This document shows positions 49,017 through 59,042 of a stretch of 64,000 nt of DNA, one piece after another (the stretch's first letter is position 1; each line of letters begins with the position of its first letter). The notes under the pieces were generated by a model that was given only the letters and a program-made list of their open reading frames with translations, was not told the DNA's origin and did not search any database. This DNA is from Phycisphaeraceae bacterium (GTDB taxonomy: Bacteria > Planctomycetota > Phycisphaerae > Phycisphaerales > Zrk34). The stretch covers positions 64,001 through 128,000 of the forward strand of contig JBBDRF010000005.1 in NCBI GenBank assembly GCA_040905565.1. Direction: 5' to 3'. A program made the position numbers and the translations under genes.

Positions 49017-50771
49017 TCAGCTGCGGACGAAGGCGGCCGCGCGGGCGACGACCTGATCGACCGGCACCATCTCCGGCTTCGCCTCGGCGCGCGGTTTGAA
49101 CTCGACGTTACCGTCCGCCAGGCCCTTGTCGCCGACTGTAACGCGAAGCGGGATGCCGACGAGGTCCGCGTCCTTGAACTTCACGCCCGGCCGTTCGTCG
49201 CGGTCGTCCAGCAGCACCTCAAGGCCGGCCTCGCGAAGCTGCTGGTAAAGCCGGTCGGCGGCGACCTTCATCTCGCCTTCGTACTTGATGGGCGTGATGA
49301 GCACGTGGTACGGCGCGATGGCGGCGGGCCAGATGATGCCGCCTTCGTCGTGCCCGGCCTCGGCCTCGATGGCCGCTGCGATGATGCGATTCACGCCGAT
49401 GCCGTAGCAGCCCATGATGGGGTGACGCTCGTTCTGATTTTCATCGGTGACGGTGAGGTTCAACGCCTCGGCGTACTTGGAGCCGAGCTTGAAGACGTGG
49501 CCGACTTCGATGCCCTTCGCCTCCTGCAGCACGCCGCCGTCGTTCTTCGGCGAAGGATCGCCGGCTTGGGCGTTGCGGATGTCGGCGACCTTCAGCCGTG
49601 ACGGGTCGACCTTGCTGAGGACATCCCGCTGCCAATTGAAGTGCTTGATGTGATGGTCCGCTTCGTTCGCGCCGGTCACCCAGAAGCCGGGCTGCGCGGC
49701 GTCGGGATCGACGATCAGCGTGAGATCGTCACGTTCTGCTGCGACCTGAGGGCCGACGAAACCGATGGCGAAATTCGCTTCACGGGCAGCGGCGTCTTCG
49801 GCCAGCGCCACGTCGCCGCCGACGGCGTCGCGCAGCTTGGCTTCGTTGAGATCGTGATCGCCTCTTACGACAGCGACGACCCAGCGGCCGTCCTCCTGGC
49901 GACACACCAGCGTTTTGAGCATGTTCGCGGGCTTGAGTTTCGTCTTCAGTTCCTTCTTGAAGAAGGCGATGACGTCGTCAATGCCGGGCGTGTTCGGGGT
50001 GTGGATTTTTTCGAGTTCACCGGTGGGGTCGCCGGTGAGGTCGTGGGGGCGTTCGCCGGTTTCGCACTTCTCCACATTCGCGGCGTAGTTGCCTTTGTCG
50101 CTGGAAAGGATGGTGTCTTCGCCGGTGGGCGAGGGGATCATGAACTCGTGGCTGGCGCTGCCGCCGATGGGGCCTGACTCGGCTTCGACGGTGACGTAGT
50201 GCAGGCCGCAACGCTCGAAGATGCGGCAGTAGGCGTTGAACATCGCGTCGTAAGAAACGTCGAGGCCGTCGGCGGTGAGATCGAAGGAGTAGGCGTCCTT
50301 CATCTGGAACTCGCGGGAGCGGAGGATGCCGAAGCGCGGGCGGAATTCGTCGCGAAACTTCGTCTGGATCTGGTAGACGGTCAACGGCAGATCGCGATAG
50401 GAATGCACCGAACGTTTGATGAGATCGGTGACGACTTCCTCGTGCGTCGGGCCGAGCGCGAGTTCGCGACCGTGACGATCCTTCACGACGAACAGATTTT
50501 CCCCGTAGGCCTCGCGGCGGCCGGTCTGTTCCCATAGCTCAACGGGCTGGAGGGAGGGCATGAACAGTTCGACGCCGCCTGCTTCGTCCATCTCTTCGCG
50601 GACGATCTGCATGACCTTCCGCAGGACGCGATAGCCCAGCGGAAGGTAGGTGTACGAGCCCGAGGCGACCTGCTGAATGAGGCCGGCGCGGAGCATCAGC
50701 CGGTGGCTGGGAACGATGGCTTCGGTGGGCACCTGGCGAAGCGTGCGGATGAGGGTGCGCGTCCAACGCAT
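49017..50771 (-). CDS. proS: Proline--tRNA ligase
   Basis: SHRLMLRAG, LGPTHEE, KFRDEFRPRFG, REFQMKDAYSF, GIEVGHVFKLG, MGCYGIG, PGVKFKDADL. Confidence 0.97.
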   Translation of the reverse strand: MRWTRTLIRTLRQVPTEAIVPSHRLMLRAGLIQQVASGSYTYLPLGYRVLRKVMQIVREEMDEAGGVELFMPSLQPVELWEQTGRREAYGENLFVVKDRHGRELALGPTHEEVVTDLIKRSVHSYRDLPLTVYQIQTKFRDEFRPRFGILRSREFQMKDAYSFDLTADGLDVSYDAMFNAYCRIFERCGLHYVTVEAESGPIGGSASHEFMIPSPTGEDTILSSDKGNYAANVEKCETGERPHDLTGDPTGELEKIHTPNTPGIDDVIAFFKKELKTKLKPANMLKTLVCRQEDGRWVVAVVRGDHDLNEAKLRDAVGGDVALAEDAAAREANFAIGFVGPQVAAERDDLTLIVDPDAAQPGFWVTGANEADHHIKHFNWQRDVLSKVDPSRLKVADIRNAQAGDPSPKNDGGVLQEAKGIEVGHVFKLGSKYAEALNLTVTDENQNERHPIMGCYGIGVNRIIAAAIEAEAGHDEGGIIWPAAIAPYHVLITPIKYEGEMKVAADRLYQQLREAGLEVLLDDRDERPGVKFKDADLVGIPLRVTVGDKGLADGNVEFKPRAEAKPEMVPVDQVVARAAAFVRS

Positions 50772-50988
50772 AGGCGGAAGATCCTTTGTAGATGAAGCGG
50801 TCATCGTATCGGTAGATCTGCCGTAAGCCAAGATGGGGCGGTTTGCGTTGATCGGGAAGTTGTTGCGACGAGGGCGGGAGGTGTGCGGGTTTGCCGGACC
50901 ACAATCACAGGGTTGCGCGTGGGCCGATGCCGCTGTCGCATCGCTAGCGTGAAGTGGAACACCCACCGTTTTACATGGAGAGACAGCA

Positions 50989-51618
50989 ATGGACGTCAAA
51001 CGATTCAACGGCACGACATGGCTCGCGCTACTCATGGTGCTCGCCCTGGGATGGGCCGGGGCGAACCAGTTCGGCACGGGTCAGGCGGAGGCGCAACAGG
51101 GGCCGCCTGACGACCGGCCGATGGGGGGCATGATGGACGACATGTCGCCGAAGATGATGGAGTTGATGCAGCGGGCCCACGCGGGGGACGACAGCGCGTG
51201 GCACGTGAGCGAAGAAGGCATCTTCGTCGTCCGTGGCACGCACGTGTTGCGGTATGACGCGGAATCGCTGGACCTGGTCGGCGAGGCGGAGTTGCCCGAG
51301 GAACTTTCGCCGGCGTTCGCGATCGAGCGGGAGGATCAGGAGCAGGCTGAGGATGAGCAGGCCCCGCAGGGGCGGCGTCAGATGCGAATGCAGCGGATGG
51401 AGCAGATGGAGCAGATGCGTCAGCGGATGCATCAGATGATGACCCAGGCGCAGGCTTCGCTGCCGACGGACATTCACGTCGTCGACGACGCCGTTTTCGT
51501 CACGCGTGGCACGGCCCTGCTGCGTTACGACCTCGAGCTGAACCTGCAGGAGGCCGCGGAGTTGCCTGGGTTGATGATGGACGACGAAGCGGAGCAGGCG
51601 CCCGCAGAGGAAGAATGA
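50989..51618 (+). CDS. Secreted Met/Gln-rich protein with internal duplication
   Basis: Signal peptide; two FV.RGT..LRYD...L...AELP repeats; GGAG RBS. Confidence 0.7.
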   Translation: MDVKRFNGTTWLALLMVLALGWAGANQFGTGQAEAQQGPPDDRPMGGMMDDMSPKMMELMQRAHAGDDSAWHVSEEGIFVVRGTHVLRYDAESLDLVGEAELPEELSPAFAIEREDQEQAEDEQAPQGRRQMRMQRMEQMEQMRQRMHQMMTQAQASLPTDIHVVDDAVFVTRGTALLRYDLELNLQEAAELPGLMMDDEAEQAPAEEE

Positions 51619-51659
51619 GCCGCAGCCCTTTGGATTCCCCCATACCTAGCGGAGCAGAT

Positions 51660-51692
51660 GCCCCGGTGCGCGGCGCGTGCCGGGGCCTTTTC
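51660..51692 (+). terminator. Rho-independent terminator
   Basis: GCCCCGGTGCGC-ggc-GCGTGCCGGGGC-CTTTT. Confidence 0.6.
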
Positions 51693-51693
51693 G

Positions 51694-52704
51694 TTACAGG
51701 CTCGGCAGAACCTTCTCCACGATCAGCAGGCCCGCCTCGGCCTGGGCGGGATCAGGACGACGGGACTGAGCGGCCAAGTTGCCCACCGCCAGAAGCACCC
51801 GTCGAATGTTCGCAAGCCGAGGCCAGTCGGACTCCACGGGAAGATCCAGACGCTTGCGTTCCCGCGAGAGGTTCTTCACCAGATCGCGACCGTCGAGCCG
51901 GTGCGGCACCGTCCAGAACAGATGCTCCACGTAGACCGCGTCCTCGATCCACCGGCCGACATGCACCCGTGCCAGATCAAATAGCACCGCGGGGCCGAGG
52001 GGCGCCGGGTGGTGCGTCATGGCGTTGGCCAGATGCAGATCACCGTGGCACCAGCCGGGATGATCGTCGGCGTGCCAGCGGGCGAGCATCGGCTTCAGCT
52101 TTTTCTTGACGATCTTCAGTACGCCGTTCCACCGCTGCGCCTCGGGGAGAACGCACTCACGCAGGGTTTTGCGGGCGCGATCCAGCAGTTCGGGCCAATG
52201 CTCATCAGGCGGGTCACGATCGACGGGATACGCAGCAGTCGCAGCCTGGAATCGACCGGCCGCTTCGATGAGCAGGTCGAATTCGTTGCCGCCCCACGCT
52301 GCATCCAGCGGGCCGACGGGCAGACGCTCCATCACGACCCACGCGAAATCGTACCCACCGAGTTCCATGCCGTGCGCGTAGATTTTGGGAACGATCGGCA
52401 GCGCGCCCTCCGCTACCTGCAACCGTGTGAGCCATCGCAGTTCCTGCGGCGGCACGGGCAACTTGATAACGACCGGCTGCGTTGGATCATCACCCTCAGC
52501 CCAATCGGCATAGGCGGTGACGGCCCCGCCGCGTTGCCAGTCGGTGCGGAACCAGCGGAGGTTCGAAATCCGGTTGCCGCACGCCTTGAGGAGCGACGGT
52601 TCGAGCGAGGTGCCGAACAGATCATGCGAGGGTGCGGAAAGCCCCTGCTGGCCTGCGAGGGGCGGCGACTTGCCGGGCTCGGGCTGCTTCGGTGCCATGG
52701 TCAT
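51694..52704 (-). CDS. APH/choline-kinase-like phosphotransferase
   Basis: VVIK, WVVMERLP, HGDLHLAN, LFDLA. Confidence 0.8.
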   Translation of the reverse strand: MTMAPKQPEPGKSPPLAGQQGLSAPSHDLFGTSLEPSLLKACGNRISNLRWFRTDWQRGGAVTAYADWAEGDDPTQPVVIKLPVPPQELRWLTRLQVAEGALPIVPKIYAHGMELGGYDFAWVVMERLPVGPLDAAWGGNEFDLLIEAAGRFQAATAAYPVDRDPPDEHWPELLDRARKTLRECVLPEAQRWNGVLKIVKKKLKPMLARWHADDHPGWCHGDLHLANAMTHHPAPLGPAVLFDLARVHVGRWIEDAVYVEHLFWTVPHRLDGRDLVKNLSRERKRLDLPVESDWPRLANIRRVLLAVGNLAAQSRRPDPAQAEAGLLIVEKVLPSL

Positions 52705-52762
52705 GAATGCGTGACTCGCGATGAACCGCAACAGCGGGCCCCCCGGCTGCCGTGCGTCGTGA

Positions 52763-54037
52763 TCAGTTCTGCCGAGCATAGCGCGACATGGCTACATCAA
52801 GCAGCGCGTTCGCCATCTCTTCCAGTGGCGTGTAGTTCCCGTTTTCAAGCAAATCGCCGATGTACCGCTGTTGAAGCTGACTGGCCTGCGACGACCGCAG
52901 CCGTTGCTCGATCTGCAGGAATACTTCCTTGATGCCCGTCGATTCGCCGCCGACCAGCGACTCCATCTTCACCCACGCGTAGCCGCCTTCGACTTCGATG
53001 CGCTGCGACTGCTGGCCGACTTCAAGGTCGCGAATGGCCTCGTTCACCTCCTGCCAGCGCAGCGCCTGAAAGCTTTCAAGGCCCTCGCTCAGTTCGAACG
53101 CCATGAGCCCGCCCTGACTGGCGCGGAAGCGGCTGTGCCGCTGTGCGACCTGCTCGAACGGCTGCTCCGAATCCAGAGCCGTTTCGACGGCATCGGCCGT
53201 GGCGGCATCGTCAACGAGAATCACGCGGACCTCCACCGTCGGCGCTTCGTTGTACTGGTCGTAATTGTCCTGGTAGTGCCGCTCGACATCCCGCCGCGTG
53301 ACGACGATCTGAGGCAGCAGTTTCTCCTGCCGATAGCGATCGATCAGGGCACGCTGGCGACGAATTTCCAGCTCCCGCGATAGGCTGTGCCCATGCTGCT
53401 GCTGAATCGCCCGCTCCGCCAGCGCCTGCGAGCCGAGGTGCTGAGCGAGAATCATCTCACGCTCTTTTTCCATGTAAGCAGCAAGCTGACGATGCTGGCC
53501 CTCATTGAGATCCTTCTCCGCCTCGGCGAGAATCAGCGCATCGACGACGCGACTTTGCACCTCCGCACCGATCAGGGCCTGCGCCTCGCGCCGAAACCCC
53601 AGCCGCGACTGGTTGTCGCCGAGGCGGCGGAGCACGTCTTCGCCGATGCTCCTGAAAATGGTGCGGGCGTAGACGGGCTTGCCGTTGATCTGTCCGACCA
53701 TGGCATCGAGAAACAGTTGGCCGGCGTCGGCGATGCTTTCGGTCGGCGCTTCGTCGGTCGTGGCCTCAGCGTCGGCCGTGGTCGGATTGGCCGCTTGCTC
53801 AGTGGTAATCGCAGGCTCGGTGGGTGCCTCTGCGTCGGTGGTGGGCGATTCGGCTCGGGACGGGCGTGTGGCCTGCGCGTGCGACTGTGCCGCGACAGAT
53901 TCCTCGCCTCCGGGCCCGGCATTGGCTGAGAAATCGCCCGGCGAGAGCGACGCCCCCCCGCCGTTGCCCCCGCAGCCAGTCACCAGCAGACCAAGCCAGC
54001 ACGCCACAATCCAACTCAGTCCTCTTACGCTCAACAT
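52763..54037 (-). CDS. SurA/PpiC-type peptidyl-prolyl isomerase lipoprotein
   Basis: Lipobox VTG-C; VGQINGKP, FEQVAQRHS...SQGG. Confidence 0.7.
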   Translation of the reverse strand: MLSVRGLSWIVACWLGLLVTGCGGNGGGASLSPGDFSANAGPGGEESVAAQSHAQATRPSRAESPTTDAEAPTEPAITTEQAANPTTADAEATTDEAPTESIADAGQLFLDAMVGQINGKPVYARTIFRSIGEDVLRRLGDNQSRLGFRREAQALIGAEVQSRVVDALILAEAEKDLNEGQHRQLAAYMEKEREMILAQHLGSQALAERAIQQQHGHSLSRELEIRRQRALIDRYRQEKLLPQIVVTRRDVERHYQDNYDQYNEAPTVEVRVILVDDAATADAVETALDSEQPFEQVAQRHSRFRASQGGLMAFELSEGLESFQALRWQEVNEAIRDLEVGQQSQRIEVEGGYAWVKMESLVGGESTGIKEVFLQIEQRLRSSQASQLQQRYIGDLLENGNYTPLEEMANALLDVAMSRYARQN

Positions 54038-54231
54038 GAAGATATCAGCCTGTAATGGTTGCGATTCGAGAGCCTCGCAGGCACCCGTTCCGTGCTCAAG
54101 TCTACACTGCGGCGACCGCCCCGGACAACCGCCGAGCCCCCCGCCACGTTCGCAGTGATTGGATCGAGGGCCTATACTGTGACCGACCGCAGATGGAAAG
54201 CACTATTTTTGCAGAAAGACTTGAGGTTCTT

Positions 54232-54822
54232 ATGAGCGACACCGGCGATTCAGGCAAGATCATCACGGGCGACGATTGGAAGCGTCGGCCCGAAGACGAA
54301 GCCGGGCAGAAGCCCTCCGGTGGCGGCGAAGACCAGTCCAAGCTGCACATCGACGACGACTGGAAAGCGCAGGCCCGCGCCGAGAAAGAACGTCTCGCCC
54401 AGGAAGCTGAGCAGGGCGGCGGCGAAGGAGCCGAGGCCGGCGGACCAGGCGGCCGCGAGATGCCCCCCGCGAACTTCCAGACGCTGCTTTCGACCATCGC
54501 AAGCCAGGCCCTCCTCTACATGGGCGCGATTCCCGATCCGTCCACCGGGCAGCGCATCGCCCACCTGGAACTGGCCAAGCACCACATCGATCTGCTCGGC
54601 GTCCTCCACGAGAAGACCAAGGGCAACCTCGAAGACGAAGAAGACAAGATGCTCACGCAGACGCTCGAAGAGCTGCGGATGTACCACACGCAGGTCGGTG
54701 AGCAACTGGCGAAGCAGCAGGCCGAAGGCGGCGGCCAAGGCGGCCCCATGGGCGGTCCCGGTGGTCCGATGGGCGGCGGCGGCAACCCGTTCGGCGGCGG
54801 CCCGGCCGGCCCCATGGGCTGA
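54232..54822 (+). CDS. DUF1844 domain protein
   Basis: IDDDWKAQ, PPANF, QALLYMG, AKHHIDLLGVLHEKTKGNL; Gly/Pro tail. Confidence 0.85.
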   Translation: MSDTGDSGKIITGDDWKRRPEDEAGQKPSGGGEDQSKLHIDDDWKAQARAEKERLAQEAEQGGGEGAEAGGPGGREMPPANFQTLLSTIASQALLYMGAIPDPSTGQRIAHLELAKHHIDLLGVLHEKTKGNLEDEEDKMLTQTLEELRMYHTQVGEQLAKQQAEGGGQGGPMGGPGGPMGGGGNPFGGGPAGPMG

Positions 54823-54865
54823 GGCTGGCACTCGGGGGCAACTGGGGAGCGACAACTGAAGGAGC

Positions 54866-55144
54866 GTGGCCGTGCCCGATCGCGACGAGGAAGATGAGCT
54901 CGACCGTCATCTGACGCACCCGCCACCCAAGAGTCATCTCTGGCTGTGGGTGATAAGCGTGGGCATCGTGATCGTGTTCATCGTGCTGCTGCTTGCGATG
55001 CTGATCTTCACCGAGCGCGACGATCCCACGCAACTCGCCCCCACCCCCATCGAGCCGCCACGACCGGCCCAGCCGCAACCCGAGAGCACCGGCGAACGCC
55101 CCACGCTTCCCTCAGGCGGCGGCTCCCCCATCGACTCACACTAA
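54866..55144 (+). CDS. Small single-TM protein with Pro-rich tail
   Basis: AAGGAG RBS; one long hydrophobic helix. Confidence 0.6.
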   Translation: MAVPDRDEEDELDRHLTHPPPKSHLWLWVISVGIVIVFIVLLLAMLIFTERDDPTQLAPTPIEPPRPAQPQPESTGERPTLPSGGGSPIDSH

Positions 55145-55151
55145 CACCCGC

Positions 55152-58100
55152 TCACCCCGCGCCGACGGCCTCGGGTTCCAGCGGACGGACGAGCAGCTTG
55201 CGCAGCACGGCGAGCATCGTGGACGCGTTCTCAAGATAGTTCGCCGGCGGGCGGTAGTAGACCGTTCCCGCCCGTTCCTCCGTCGGTGTATCCACCAGCC
55301 GCACGCTACCCGGTGCGCCCTCCAGCAACGGCGAAAGCTGACGCACTTCCTTGGTCGTGAAGATCAGGTCAGGCCCGTCCCGCTTCAGCGAATCCACCCC
55401 GTGCAGACTGAGCGCCACCCGGATCTCCGTCAGGTCCAGCAGCGTCCTGGCCGCATCCGGCAACTCCCCGTAAGCATCCACCAGATCCTTCTCCACCTGG
55501 TGCAGCGTCTCCAGATCAGGTGCCCGGCTGACACGGCGGTACGCTTCCATGCGGTGTCGCGATGACGGGATGTAACGCTTGGGAAAATGCCCAGCGATCG
55601 CCAGTTCCACATGCGTATTCACCGGCTCCGCAGTCGGCTGACGCTTGAGTTGATGCGTCGCCTCTTCAAGCAGCCGGCAGTACATCTCGTAACCGACGAT
55701 CGCGATGTGGCCCGACTGCTCCGCGCCGAGAATGTTGCCGACGCCTCGGATCTCCATGTCGCGCATCGCGATCTTGAAGCCCGCCCCCAGCATCGAGAAC
55801 TCTTCGATCGCACGCAGCCTTCGCAGTGCGACTTCGCTCAACGGCCGCTCCTCCGGCAGGGTCATGTAGCAGTACGCCCGGTGCTTGTACCGGCCCACAC
55901 GCCCCCGCAACTGATGAAGCTCAGCAAGCCCAAAGCGGTCCGCGTCGGTGATGATCATCGTGTTGGCGGTGGGAATGTCCAGACCCGACTCGATGATCGT
56001 CGTCGAGACCAGCACGTCCACTTCGCGGTTAATAAAGCGCAGCATGACCTGTTCAAGTTCATGGCCGGGCATCTGACCGTGGCCCACCGCCAGCTTCGCT
56101 TCGGGGACGAGGATCGAAAGCTCCTGCGCCACGCGATGAATGCTCTTCACGCGGTTGTGCACGAAGTAGACCTGCCCGTCGCGGTTCATCTCCCGCAGAA
56201 TGGCGGTGCGGATGCGCTTCGGATCGTACGGGACGACCTCCGTCAGCACAGCCCGGCGGTCGGCGGGGGGCGTGCTGAGCGAGCTGATATCACGCAGGCC
56301 AAGCAGTGCCATGTGCAGCGTGCGGGGGATCGGCGTGGCCGATAGCGTGAGCACGTCAACCATCATTCGCAGCTTCAGAAGCCGACTCTTATGCTCGACG
56401 CCGAAGCGCTGCTCTTCGTCGATCACCACGAGGCCGAGGTCTTTGAAGCGGACGTCGTCGCTGAGCAGACGGTGCGTGCCGATGAGGATATCGACCTTGC
56501 CTTCGCGGGCGGCCTCAAGCGCAAGGCGGACGTCGCCGGCTTTCTTGAAACGGTTCAGTGCGGCGATGCGGACGGGATAGTCAGCCATGCGCTGGTGGAA
56601 GGTACGTTCGTGCTGTTCGCAGAGCACGGTCGTCGGGCAAAGGATGGCGACCTGCTTGCCCGCATCAACTGCCTTGAACGCGGCCCGAATGGCGACCTCG
56701 GTTTTGCCGTAGCCCACGTCGCCACAGATGAGGCGGTCCATCGGGCGCGGACTGGTCATATCCTTCTTGATCTCGGCGATGGCGGCGAGCTGATCTTCGG
56801 TTTCCTCGTAGGGGAACTCCGCTTCGAACTGCTTCATCCACATGGAATCTTCGGGCGCGCGGAAGCCGGGCATCGCCTCGCGGGCGGCCTGGACACGCAG
56901 CAATTCCGAGGCAAGACTTTTCGCCGCCTCCTTCGCCGCATCCTTCTGCTTCTTCCATCGCGTGCCGCCGAGTTTGCTCAACGGCGGCCGGCCCGCGAAC
57001 CCGCCGATGTACTTGTGCACCAGCTCAATCTGTGAAGCGGGGACGTGCAGCAGGGCGCGGTCGGCGAACTCGAGCGTCAGATATTCTTCGCTGATTTTGC
57101 TGCCGGCTTCGCGCTTCATCATCCGCATGCCGCGGAACTTTGCGATGCCGTGGTGCATGTGGACGACGTAATCGCCCTCGTCAATGTCAAGGAACGAGTC
57201 GATCGGCCTTGCTGCCCCGACACGTCGCACCCGCCGCCGCGCCTGGTAACGATGCATCAACTCGTGGTGCGGGATGAGCGCGAGCGGCCGATCCTCATCC
57301 GCTTCCCACACAAACCCGCGGAAGAGGTAACCGGTTTCGACTTTGATCAGATCGGCGACGTCCGCAGCATGTTCCTGCAGCAGTTCACGCAGGCGATCGC
57401 ACTCGGCATCACGGCGGGCGAGCACGACCACATCATGCTTGTCATACCCCCCGCTGCCGCGCGCCAGTTCGGCAAGCTCGGTCACGGCTTCGACGGCATC
57501 AGTGGCGAAGTTCATCAGCGAATGCACCGGCATCGCGACGCGCCGCTCGGCCATGCCCGGCGCGGCGAACTGGTTGACTTCGACGACGGCGAATTTGCTC
57601 AGCCCCTTCTGCACCATGTCCGGCGGGATGATGCCCGTCGCATCGGTCAGCCGTTCGTAGTAACCGCGCGCCTGCTCAGCAATCTCCATCGTCTCTTGCA
57701 GCACGACCACGGTTTCGCTTTTGAGCAGCGACCAGAAGTTGGTCGTCCGCTCCTCATCCTGAATCTTCTCAGGCGACGCACCGATGAGCCGGACGCCTTC
57801 GAGCTTACGGCCGGAGCCCATGGTGTCGGGGTTCACCTCGGTGACCTCATCGATCTGATCGCCGAAGAAATCGATGCGGACCGGCGGGAGATTGCCGGGG
57901 GGCATGACGTCGACGATGCCGCCTCGGATGGCGAAATCGCCCGGCTCTTCAATGCCGTCCACCCGGTTGTAGCCGGCATCCGCGAGCCATTCGGTCAGCT
58001 CGTGCTGATCAAGCGTCTGCCCGGGTTTGAGCTGTCTGGCCATCGAGCCGATCGCCTCGGCCTGCGGCACGGCCTGCATCAAGGCCTGCACCGGCGCGAT

Positions 58101-58451
58101 GATCACACTCGGCTGCTGTTGCTCCATCAACTGCCCGACAAGCGTCAGCCGCTCGGCCAGCAGTTCAAGGCTCACATGCGATTCGCCGGGCATCAGCTCC
58201 AGCGCCCCGAACGTCTCCGTCGTCACGCCTTCCAGCAGTTCAAGATCTTCCTTCGCCTCATCGGCTTCATCGAGATGCGCGACCACCAACAGCACCGGCC
58301 GTTTCGATTGGCGAGCGATCATACCCGCAAGCAGGTGGCCGCTGGAGCCCCACGAACCTTCCGCCATCACCCGCTGCGACGGATCGATCGCGTCCACCAG
58401 TTCACGAACTGATGCATCGCTCTCGATCTGTTCAAGCCAGGCACGGGTCAT
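55152..58451 (-). CDS. mfd: Transcription-repair coupling factor
   Basis: GDFAIRGGIVD, VVHMHHGI, GDVGYGKTEVA, DEEQRFGV, SATPIPRTL, QLRGRVGR, RDMEIRG.GN. Confidence 0.97.
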   Translation of the reverse strand: MTRAWLEQIESDASVRELVDAIDPSQRVMAEGSWGSSGHLLAGMIARQSKRPVLLVVAHLDEADEAKEDLELLEGVTTETFGALELMPGESHVSLELLAERLTLVGQLMEQQQPSVIIAPVQALMQAVPQAEAIGSMARQLKPGQTLDQHELTEWLADAGYNRVDGIEEPGDFAIRGGIVDVMPPGNLPPVRIDFFGDQIDEVTEVNPDTMGSGRKLEGVRLIGASPEKIQDEERTTNFWSLLKSETVVVLQETMEIAEQARGYYERLTDATGIIPPDMVQKGLSKFAVVEVNQFAAPGMAERRVAMPVHSLMNFATDAVEAVTELAELARGSGGYDKHDVVVLARRDAECDRLRELLQEHAADVADLIKVETGYLFRGFVWEADEDRPLALIPHHELMHRYQARRRVRRVGAARPIDSFLDIDEGDYVVHMHHGIAKFRGMRMMKREAGSKISEEYLTLEFADRALLHVPASQIELVHKYIGGFAGRPPLSKLGGTRWKKQKDAAKEAAKSLASELLRVQAAREAMPGFRAPEDSMWMKQFEAEFPYEETEDQLAAIAEIKKDMTSPRPMDRLICGDVGYGKTEVAIRAAFKAVDAGKQVAILCPTTVLCEQHERTFHQRMADYPVRIAALNRFKKAGDVRLALEAAREGKVDILIGTHRLLSDDVRFKDLGLVVIDEEQRFGVEHKSRLLKLRMMVDVLTLSATPIPRTLHMALLGLRDISSLSTPPADRRAVLTEVVPYDPKRIRTAILREMNRDGQVYFVHNRVKSIHRVAQELSILVPEAKLAVGHGQMPGHELEQVMLRFINREVDVLVSTTIIESGLDIPTANTMIITDADRFGLAELHQLRGRVGRYKHRAYCYMTLPEERPLSEVALRRLRAIEEFSMLGAGFKIAMRDMEIRGVGNILGAEQSGHIAIVGYEMYCRLLEEATHQLKRQPTAEPVNTHVELAIAGHFPKRYIPSSRHRMEAYRRVSRAPDLETLHQVEKDLVDAYGELPDAARTLLDLTEIRVALSLHGVDSLKRDGPDLIFTTKEVRQLSPLLEGAPGSVRLVDTPTEERAGTVYYRPPANYLENASTMLAVLRKLLVRPLEPEAVGAG

Positions 58452-58460
58452 CTCAGGTTC

Positions 58461-59042
58461 TCAGTCCGCTGAGGAGTCCAAACGTTTCATGCGCTCGTTG
58501 AGCATCGGCACTTCGTACAGGCTCATCTGCGGCGAGGCCTGCGGCGGCGGGCCGAGGTCCGGCACGTCTTCAAGGACATGCACCATGGCGATCTCATCAC
58601 ACGCGTGATTCTTCGGGCAGCGGGCGCATTCGCTCCACACCTTCAAGGGCAGTTCACGGTGACGGTCGACGACCTTGAAGCCGCAGCGATCGAAGAAACG
58701 CTGTTCGTAAGTGAGCGAAAACGCCCGGCGGATGCCGAGCCTTCTTGCTTCATCGACCGCCGCTGCGACGAGTTTCCGCCCCAGCCCCTGCCCCGTGGCA
58801 CGAGGCGAAACGGCCAGCGCGTACACCTCCGCCAAATTGCTCCACATGATGCGAAGGCCGACCACCCCCACCACTTCGCCTTCGAGCCGGGCGACCTCAA
58901 AATCGCGCACGCGCTCATACAACTCTGCGTGCGAGCGGTGCAGCATCAGCCCCTGCTCGGCGTAGTCGTTGATCAGGGCGGCCATACCCGGTACGTCGGC
59001 CACACCGGCTTGTTCAATCGCAACGGTCATTGAATCACTCAT
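58461..59042 (-). CDS. GNAT N-acetyltransferase, short ArgA-like
   Basis: LMLHRS..ELYE, LAEV..LAV, GQGLG, LPLKVWSECARC...CDE. Confidence 0.8.
   Translation of the reverse strand: MSDSMTVAIEQAGVADVPGMAALINDYAEQGLMLHRSHAELYERVRDFEVARLEGEVVGVVGLRIMWSNLAEVYALAVSPRATGQGLGRKLVAAAVDEARRLGIRRAFSLTYEQRFFDRCGFKVVDRHRELPLKVWSECARCPKNHACDEIAMVHVLEDVPDLGPPPQASPQMSLYEVPMLNERMKRLDSSAD

Noticed and set aside
50772..50988. T-box or riboswitch upstream of proS (cobalamin and c-di-AMP riboswitches were also sought near crt and cdaA)
   Set aside because: No recognisable consensus by eye; an Rfam/Infernal scan would be decisive.
51694..52704. Aminoglycoside resistance gene
   Set aside because: Only generic APH-fold motifs, in a core-genome context.
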